A DNA stretch of 63,969 nt from Octopus bimaculoides (Eukaryota): NCBI RefSeq assembly GCF_001194135.2, contig NC_068989.1, positions 66,145,525 to 66,209,493 on the forward strand. The letters are read 5' to 3'. Of this stretch, positions 54,090-63,969 are shown in pieces. Below the pieces are notes generated by a model. The model was not told the origin of the DNA. It searched no databases and worked only from the letters and a program-made list of their open reading frames with translations. The position numbers and the translations under genes were made by a program. Position 1 is the stretch's first letter; each line of letters opens with the position of its first letter.

Positions 54090-56009
54090 TGTGTCTGTGT
54101 GTGTGTGTGTGTGTGCATGTGTGTATGTTTGTGTTTGATATCAAGTCATGAAACACAATTTAACATTAAACCGAAAGATTGCTCATTAGTTTTTAGTATA
54201 GAAGTTGAAGGCTTTTAGTATGAAAGATAACGGTTGACAGTGACTTCGAACTTTCAGATTGCTTGTCTTTTTTTCTCGCTCTCTCCTTCTCTAACTATGT
54301 GTGCGTATCTATGTATGTATACATGTATACATGTATGTATGTATGTATGTATGTATGTATGTATGTATGCGTGCACGTATATGTGTGTTTGTGTGCGTGT
54401 GCGTGCGTGTGTGTATGTGTGTGTTTATAAAACTTTGTCACAGACCACAAATTGTAGAGAAGAAAAGTAAAATTGCTGGTTGAATTCCTCCAATACAATA
54501 ACGATTATTATTTTATTGATCCTTGATGGATGAAAGGCGTTCAAACCGAGTAGGATTTGATATGGAAATCATGATGTTTTAAAAAATACAAACATTTGAT
54601 TTACTTGATATATTAGCTAACGATATATATAAATATACCCGTTTATAAAATAATTGCGCAATTTGATATCCTTTATTGTTTCGACATAAAACTGGTAGAT
54701 TTTTGCCTTTCTTCAACAGTTTTTATGCACTTAACTCATCAACGTTGTAAATAAATCATAGATTTAAAAAATGTCTGGTATTGTAATTACTTAAAGGTAT
54801 GACGCGGAAACAAATCGAAATATATTGATTCCCTGTGAGCTTTATCGCAATTTGCAGCAAAATATAGTCAATAAATTTAGCCATGTTGTTTCAAGTGTGC
54901 GCAACTCACTATGGCAACACATATGTTTAATAATAACTGGAAATCAAGTTCACAAACTAGTATATTCTCATCTCGCACTGTTTACTTACTCACTCAACAA
55001 AGAAGTGCAACTTGCACACCCAGTAAGTATTTCTGTTTTTACTACTAATGTAAATATCAATCAATAATTATATTGGTCGCGGATTGAATTTACAACAGAG
55101 AATATTATTATTTATGCATTTATGTCAATTATCATTATTGTTGTTCTGAGGATTTCATATTATTTTTTGTCGTTTCTGCACATACACATATTTTTGTGTA
55201 ACATTTTTTTCTTCCCTATTGTCTTGTCAAAGTCAATGATTGTTTTCAATCCAAGCATAAAGTTTGCTTTTCGAGAATAAAAATAAAAAAGCAACATTAA
55301 ATGCAATCAGTGTTAAATCTTTGATTAATTTGAGCTGAACTGGGAATTGATGTCATTTTAGTAGAGACCAATCATGCGCTAAATCCAATTAGTGTCCGTC
55401 TAATGCTTCGAGTTACTTAACTATTTATCAATTTAGCTATGTGTATGTTTGTGTCCGACTTTTATCAATGTACGTGCAGTCATAAAAGGCAGGGAATCAG
55501 AAGAAAGGAAAACAGAAAATAAATCAGATGAAAATAAATACCTATGGTATTAATTTCATTCGTTTAGTGCCTCAGTTCAAATTCCTCCAGCGTTGACTTT
55601 GGGTTTTCCCCTTCCAGTATCGATAACATTAGTCCTAGTAGTACCTATGACTGATTAATATATATGCTACCTCGTTTTTTAAAGTGATCCTCTTGTTTCG
55701 TCAAAGAATAACACTATGTATCAGAATTCTATGAGAATTGGCATTACAGTTCAGGTTTTGTCGGTGTACGTCCATTAAGGCTTGATTTAATTCAATTTGA
55801 TAACAGACTACATAAAGAAGGTACAAGGTTCAATGTAATCGACTATATCGCTTTTCAAACGCGCTCATATAATTTAACTTTGAATTTCATATTTCTTAAG
55901 GAAAATGCTTCTTCTTACGTTTGTGTATTCATTTTGCAAGATTCCTGGTGTGAAATCATATGTTGAAACATTTATTGTAATATATAGGAGGAGACACATG
56001 ATATGGAGA

Positions 56010-56052
56010 GTCGCTGAAGAAGTCACAGGTGTGTGGCGAAAGATTTCCAGAC
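56010..56052 (+). ncRNA. Hammerhead-like relic (PLE type)
   Basis: GTCG-CTGAAGA-A-GTCAC AGGTGT GTGGC-GAAA-GATTT-C-CAGAC. Intact core boxes, 5-bp stem II with one G-U, near-palindromic stem III, bulged stem I. Confidence 0.55.
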
Positions 56053-56320
56053 AATGGACATAAAATAAAAACAATAATAAACAAGTGAAGTACGAATATA
56101 TACTGCGTGTGTTTATTTGTCAATCCTGAAATATAACAATAATGTTTCTCTTAGAAACATTAATTAACAGCCCCAAGGAGATAAAATGGTTTAAATGCTA
56201 GGTAAATACTTCTTTTCTCCAAGGGTTATACAAAAATAATGTAAAACGGAGAATGTCTTTTTGTATTCTTTCCAACTGCACACGTTTCTAAAGTAACACT
56301 TCCTCAATACAAAGGCACTA

Positions 56321-57110
56321 CTCAACGTACTCTACATCACAAGCTATGCATTTTTGCCATCGATTTAATCCAACTCTCAGATCCTCTTTGAAGAATTCCG
56401 GTGTGTACTTTTATGTATACTACGTCACACTTGCTTTCACTTTGTCTGTGTCGTCAAATTGCTGTCCCCGAAACTGTTCGTAATCGCACCGAACAGGTAG
56501 AAGTCGGATGGCACTAGATCCAGGATAGTAGGGAGGGCGTGAGAGCATTTACCATGCCAGTTTTCCGAATTCCTGATTTATTGTCAAAGATGTGTATGGG
56601 TCGCTCATTGTCACGGTGATGGTGGATCATTTTCAGATTCTTCCCCAGTGTTCGGTTTCTTTTTGAGTGTCGCCTTGTTCCACACGCTATACTCAAAAGT
56701 GCCATAATTCAGAAAATCAGGACAAATGACGCCTTTGTCATCCCATAAAACAGTCGCCATGAATTTTTGTGACGATCGTTTGCTCATGAAATTCTTAGAC
56801 CTTGAGAATACATGTGCCGCCCTTCTACGGATTGATCTTTCGTTTTTGGATCATTTCGATACGCCCACGTTTCCTCCCATGTCACTAAACTGAGAAAAAC
56901 GCATCTTCATTGGCTGTAAATGCTCCACCACATCAAATCAGACTTTTAACCTTCTCTCTTACAAATCAGATGTCAACCGCAAGGTACCTACTTTACACGC
57001 GTTTTACGATTCCCAAAGTCTTCCACCACTTTTGAGTCACAACGTAGCACAAATGGACGGTAACCACGGTCCATTTATGGGTCTATCCACGTGAATCAAT
57101 TCCTACACTC
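56321..57110 (-). pseudogene. mariner (DD34D-type) transposase relic
   Basis: LVTWEETWAYRNDPKTK, KFMATVLWDDKGVI, LDLVPSDFYLFGA (cf. YSPDLAPSDFYLF), RWQKCIACDVEYVE*. Many frameshifts and stops. Confidence 0.9.
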
Positions 57111-57171
57111 CTTGACAGTTCATATCAGATGCCAACACTGATGGTCTCTTACTAAAGCTACTAAGTAAAGT

Positions 57172-57413
57172 TACCTTCTCAAGTTATGCCGACTCATAAG
57201 GGCCGGTTTCTTGGTTTCATGATGTATAAGTTTCTTACCTGGACGGAACGCCGGTCCGTCTCAGGATTACTCATTGTGCCGGCTGAGTGGACTGGAGCAA
57301 TGTAAGCTGAAGTGTTTTGCTCAAGAACACAACGCGCTGCTCGGTTCAGGAATCGAAACTACAATCCTACGATTATGAGTCCAACACCCTAACCTCTAAG
57401 CCACGTGCCTCCA
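57172..57413 (-). mobile_element. Full-length family B CORE SINE, tail 2
   Basis: Minus strand GAGGCACGTGGCTTAGAGGTTAGGG head, GTTTCGATTCC B box, TTGAGCAAAACACTTCAG CORE, tail shared with 24625-24808. Confidence 0.9.
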
Positions 57414-57969
57414 CGGTCTCTGACTGAGTGGTTTGTCTTCATTATTGGCTTCCCTTTCTTTAAATTTCTTCATGCATTCAATAACGTCATCGCCGTATGC
57501 AACCTGTAGCCTTCTGTACATTTCAGACAACCTACAACTTTCTACTTCAAGAAATTAATGAAGGCGCGTAGCTCTAACATGAAACCCATTATTTTTTTGC
57601 AATGACAAGAAGTAGAGCAAATATACAAGTAGAGCAATTTGCACGATGTATGTCAGTATATAAAGAACTTATACCTACTTTTGCATTACTTTTGGTACAA
57701 CTATGTCAATAACATGGTGTTGTAGAGAAATATACCTGAGCCTGGTTTGCCATTATCGCGACACATACCTACTTTACTTGCTATTATAGTTATGGAAGAG
57801 CATGAATGTCACAAAGCGTATAAATGTCACAAAGCGTATGAATGTCCTTTCCATTAGCAAACGGGACCTGATTCCTTAATCGAAAATAATTTAATCCTCT
57901 GAACTCTCCTTTTCAAAACCATACTTATTTTACTTAGAACAACTTTTATACCTGTCAAATTTTGTTATA

Positions 57970-58225
57970 AGATGATTTCTTATGATTTCCACGTTGCCTC
58001 AGAACATATTTCTTATGACTATCATATTTTGTCATAATATAATTTCTAATCACTACTACATATTGTCATAACATAATTTCTTATGACTACCGCATTTTCT
58101 CATAACATAATTTATGACTACCACATTTTGTCAAAGAAGAATTAATTTCTTATGACAACCACATGGTATCCTAAACTAATTTCGTATGTCTATCAAATTG
58201 TATCATAACCTAATTTCCTTTGAAT
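57970..58225. repeat. ~33-bp minisatellite, ~7-8 degenerate units
   Basis: Consensus about AATTTCTTATGACTACCACATTTTGTCATAACAT. Confidence 0.85.
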
Positions 58226-59155
58226 ACAACTAGTGTTCATTCGAATGTTTACTTCCTCTGATCTCCTAATACAGAAGGTTCTATTATGGAGCTAAGAATG
58301 GCAATGTTTCATATTAATCAGACGAGAACAGCGATGCAAGAGAACAGCGATGCAAGAGAACAGCAATAGTCAAAAACAGGAAACCAAAATTGAGTAGTAC
58401 GTTCTGCTTCTATATGTTATACGCTATAGTATTTGTCTCGTAGATGGAAAATTTTCGTCAGTGATTTCTACTGTAAACAGAACGTTACATTCATAATGCC
58501 AAACTTCTATTTGAATATATGCTTTCTTTATGAGATTGATAAATCATGCATAGAAAGAAAAAGCACTGATGAGAAAACGACAAAATCTATCAGTTTCACT
58601 GTAGGCAAACATTAAACTATTTACTTGTTTCATCGTAATAATAATCGTAAAACATACATTGATATTCGTATGCAAATTGGAAATGATGTACATTAAATAC
58701 TTGCGTTATAATATTCACGTCCGCAGATTATGTAAGTACATTTACCGTTAATCTTCAATTCATGTGCAATGTCAATATATAGGATAGTAAACATGCATAG
58801 AATTCTTTTAATAGAACATCTTTTTGTGTGATGTGTGTTTAAAACTTCATGTTTATACCTAATTTGTATTGCCTTAGCTAATTCGCAATTTTAATGTTAA
58901 TATTTTAATTTCGTTTGTTTGTTTCTTTTTGTTTTCTTTTTTCATTAATATCTTCGACACGCACTAATTAAATAACTAAAATGCGTGAGTAACATTCACA
59001 AAATTGAAACATTAATCCTAATTTCCCATATGTGCATAAATCAGTGAAATATGCATATATAACACACACACACACACGCAAATATTTATAGATAGATAGA
59101 TAACATATAATAAAACACACACACAGACACACACATGCATACACACACACACACA

Positions 59156-59194
<39 letters not shown>

Positions 59195-59649
59195 CATATA
59201 TATACATATAGATTATATATTTTGGGTTATGTATGTATTTACATTAAGAATCAGGGAGAAAGCGGGAGAGAGAGAGGAAGAGAGAGAAGGAGAGACAGAC
59301 AGACAGATACTGCGGCGAATTGATATTTAACGAAATTTTATTTCCCAAAAGCATTTTTACAAATATTTGATGTAGATTACAACTTATTAAAATATGCATA
59401 CCTAACAGATCTTTAATGTTTTTCCCTCAGAAAAGCGAAACAACTGCAGTTAAAAGCTAATCAGAACTGTTAACAATAATGTATACGCTTGTATACGTTA
59501 GGATAACAGTCACTAATTAATTATTAATAAAAACAATAAGCTCGGTAATAAATTTATAAACCTAAGTAAATGACAAAGAATGGTCATTAGCTTCAAAGAA
59601 AAAAAATGTTCATTTCGTGAGAAATATTTATTTGTGATCAATATTGCAG

Positions 59650-60900
59650 TCATACTTGTTTAGTGCATCGGACAAAGTGCTTAGCGTCATTTCTTCTGAA
59701 TCTTTATGTTCTGAGTTCAAATTCCATTAATATCAATTTCACCTTTCTTCCCGCCGCAGTCGTTAAAACAAAATATTTCTGAAGTACTGGGTCGATGTTG
59801 TCCCTTAACCTCTCCCTTCAAAATTTCTGACCTTGTGTCTAAATTACAAACCATTAATTTTTAAACGAAGTATTCCAAAGAAATGGCCGTATTCTGATTA
59901 CATGATTGTCCTTGTAATCAGAAGATTAAAACTCCCTATATAACTTCAAAAAGTCCAGTTTGTTCAAAGTTTTTGGAAAATATAGACGTTGCCGTTAGAA
60001 TTAAACCTTGTGTTTAAAGACGAGTATTGTAAGCAACGGACACACTTCAATCTTGCTAGATTTTGTCAGACGTGTGTATTCAGCTAAAGTGGTAAGACTA
60101 AAACATATGATTTATTTACAGAAACTGACTGAATCTAAAGTATGATAGGATTAGTAGAGCGTAGGACAAAATGTCTTGCGGTATTTAGTTAAGTCCTTTT
60201 ATGTTCTGATTCTAAACTACACTCGTGTTGACTTTACTTTCCAAACACCAATGGTCAGATAAACTAAGTACCAGTAAAATACTGGAATCTGTATTATTGA
60301 TTATGGCTGCTCATAAAATAGGTGGCCTTCTATGCATGTTAAAAGTCATTAGTATTGCTGTGATGAACTGTCAGAGACTTTAGACCACAGTTGTATAATA
60401 AAAGTGTTTATTTCATTTTCCTCCTCTGTTCAAATCAACTTGAGGTGGAAATATCTTTTATTTATCTCCTTACTCCGGTATCGATCAAAGATGTATAAAT
60501 GTCATTCTGAGTTCAGAACTTCAAATTAGTATATCTCTCATACCCAGTGAAAATTGATTTGGTTTTGCTGATAATAGAATTTGTGAAGCCAGTAAAGGGC
60601 AGAATCCTGCAAAATGCCCTGCGGTATTTACTTCTATCCTAATACATTTTCTGAAGGTGACCGCTTGGCTAGGTCGTTGCAGGGGTGGATAAATTGCCCT
60701 GCGGCATTGTTCCGGCTCTCTATTCTCTGGGTTCATTTCACGTTATGCTCAACTTTGCCGTCATGTCATTCTTCCTCCTTTTAGGGTCGTTAAATGAAAT
60801 ACATATCCAGTGTGGGAAATTGCTGGAATTATTATACAAGATGTCTGTTCCGGCTCTTTACGTTCCGAGTTAAATTTCCATCACCTTCCGTCGGCATTCT
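59650..60900 (+). mobile_element. Cluster of old, degenerate family A SINE copies (about 59660-59850, 60130-60345, 60590-60900)
   Basis: Remnants TTTATGTTCTGAGTTCAAATTCC, AAGTACCAGT..TACTGG, TTTACGTTCCGAG. Confidence 0.65.
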
Positions 60901-63117
60901 CGTAGCGGAAAAAAAATACTTATTATTACCGTATCTTTCAGGCCCTGACTATCAGTGATGGGGATCCAATGACAGAAGGATCGCTATGTTGATGTCTTTT
61001 GGTATTACCAATAAGAACAACTCCCAGCATGAAAAATGGATAAATGTTATTGCAATTCTTAATTTATTTTTATTTATCTCCAGGTTAACCCAAACGTTCA
61101 ATCCATGACCATCTGGTTTTTAAACATTTAGTGAACTTTATTTTCTAATGCAATTTTTCTTCATCTAAGACGGGAAGGGATTGTTTGAAGGAGACTTAAC
61201 TGTTATTTCTTACCGGTCGAGAAAGTGTGTGACGGAGATCTATTTATATGATTCAATTCAGGAGTTATATTCGGTAAAGAAACGGCCAAGTCAGCTCATG
61301 TAGTCTTGCGTACGGTTTAACGTGACGAGGGGTCACGACTGGAATGCTCTCGATCATAGGCTTATTTGATCAGAATTAAGATTACCAACTAGAACAACAA
61401 CCACAGAGAAAGATAAATAGTTTAGTCTTTTTTTTTTTTGCGAATAGATCAGTTTTAAAATACTTACAAATGTCTGTGCTTCTATTGACAATAAATATCT
61501 TTGAACAACAAACAAACCTGTAAAAACTGAAATCATTATTTCTCCTTAGAACTTATGATCTTCTTAAAATTGTCAACATAAGCTACAGAAATAATTTTGT
61601 TAAATTGCGACTATTTTATAATTATTCATAAATAGAAATATATTCAAAAATATATTCAGAAATACATGAATACTGCAAACAAAATTTGTGAGAAAGAAAT
61701 TATTTTACTTCGATCTACGAAAATATGGATTTGTGAATTTATATTTCCACTGACATAGGAGACTTTTTAAGAGAAACCGAAACTACGTCAAATTATTTTT
61801 CGATTTTCTTAACCTTAAAACTTTTACATTATTAGACTAATAAATTTCTTTCAAAAATTATCGCTTCAGATTTATCTGCTTTGCTCATATGAAGGCAATA
61901 CTAATAATGCTGGAAGTCGTATCATAACATAACACACCTTACATTTACTATATAACATAAAGCTAAACAGATGAAACTCATGATAATTACAGGTAAAATT
62001 ATGCGACTAGCAATTTTTAAATGTCCAACCTTTTCCAATCTTCCAAGGTAAACAAGCATTGAAAGCTAAACCTTTCATGTTTTCAACATTAATAGAGTTA
62101 ATTTACTGTCATTTCACAATCTCTAAGAAGATATCTCAGATGATATATTGAAAAAAAATAATGTAATATTGATTTTCTAATATCGGTAGTGTCGCAGTAA
62201 AATCAATTTATGTACACGTTGTTTATATTCAATAGAGACGTAGATATAGAATATACTTTGAAAATATAGAGGAAGGAATCAACCAGCTATACACCAGACA
62301 CAACATGAAATATCTACGTTTACCATTTTCTCCAGAGACGTGTGTTATTTTCCCCCACGGATTACAACCTTATAAGTTAATGACAGGTGCTTAGATAATT
62401 CCATTATCTTTGAAGAGATGACATATATTAATTTTACAGAAAGCTAACTATAATGAGCTTCTGATGACAGCATAAGTGACTGGTCAAAACAGAGGGGAAA
62501 GAGGCAAAAGATTTAAATTTAAAACTCTGGGGTTTGTATATGCTGGCCAATAACCGAGGTTCAGATCAGTTGAAGTGGAACTCTGATGAAAATTTGGCAC
62601 CAAATAATAAATTATTAACAATACCCGTGTCTTTGAATAGCACGTAAGGTATATTCTACGCAGCAATTAGTAACTAGGATGTGTCATCTTAATTCTCCTA
62701 ATGCGCCCTTCCTCTTCACAATTATTTCCTTTATAATTTCTTAAAATTTTGACTAACATTTAAGATAAATGGAAATATATTTCGGTGACAATTTGTTTAA
62801 CTGAATATTTTAACTTCTAATTAGAAAATGACTATAAAATTGCTATGTAACACAATACTGCCTCTCCTTATAAATAAATTTCCCAAAGTTATTCTCTCGT
62901 CTATTAATGCTTTACTAAAAATATTTATTAACTCAGTGTATATTAATATTAATCAATCCATAATGTATTATTGTTTCATCTACCGTATTACATCATTATT
63001 TAATATCCGTTTCCATTGATTTTGTCACGTTTTTGCTCCCACCGCATTCTAATAGTAAATTAATAACAGCCAAGTCTTATTGAAATATATTTATACACTA
63101 TCTTTCTATATTTGATC

Positions 63118-63350
<233 letters not shown>

Positions 63351-63969
63351 TAAATATGTATATATTATTGTATATTATAGATATATATAGACACGCATTT
63401 TTATATAGCTATATGCGGGTATATATATATATATATTATACGCATGTAAATATGCATAAATCTATACTAACAAACATATATGCACACATTCAAGCATACA
63501 CACAAAATATAAGTACATAAATACTTTAGTTGTACGATATAATACATGCAGCAGATTATGATACAGATGGATAAAAATGATTTTGTCACGTGACAGTTCG
63601 ATATTGCGTCAAAATAGTCGCAAGAGAGATATGATAAGAGTTGACGCTGCGTATATATCTGTTCAGTGATAAGTTTCAATACACTGTAGAATATCAGAAT
63701 TTATATTAGTAGATGTTGCAATAAATATTTAATCATCTCCACCTTAACATGATGTATGAAACGGTAATAAATGTCTTGAGCAATGTTATTTAAATATTGA
63801 TTTTAATATCTTTTAGTATACATTGTGTGGGTTTCTAGTATATTTCAGTGTATAGGTACACACGCACACACACACACACATACACACACATATGTATATG
63901 AGTGTGTGTACATATGTATTTATATATATATATAATATATATACATAGCTATGTATATATATATATATA

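Noticed and set aside
57970-58225. CRISPR-like periodic array
   Set aside because: Units are contiguous with no unique spacers, no cas genes, eukaryotic context.

Overview
AT-rich, microsatellite-saturated eukaryotic DNA with 11 N gaps, most flanked by simple repeats. The repeat families match my recollection of octopus (coleoid cephalopod) repeats; this is inference, not a database result. I recognise no host protein-coding exon, so the window reads as intergenic or one large intron. Most ORF-track entries are microsatellite or N-gap artefacts. Supported content: (i) many tRNA-derived SINEs of at least four families; (ii) decayed DNA transposons: a near-complete IR/DR Tc1 (TRT/DD37E-like) at 14700-16147, two clear mariner relics, a pogo relic, a DUF4817-type Tc1 fragment, a MITE and a Helentron-type HINE; (iii) R4/Dong-clade RLE non-LTR retrotransposon pieces. 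Best lead: a TSD-flanked ~400-bp insertion at 49149-49575. It combines a Pol III tRNA-like head, an (AAT)n spacer, an intact-core minimal type I hammerhead ribozyme of the Penelope-like-element (PLE) kind, and an 87-bp inverted copy of its own 3' end. It looks like a ribozyme-bearing SINE mobilised by Penelope machinery. Eight further hammerhead-like relics in unrelated repeats are scattered through the window, two with the same inverted-arm architecture.
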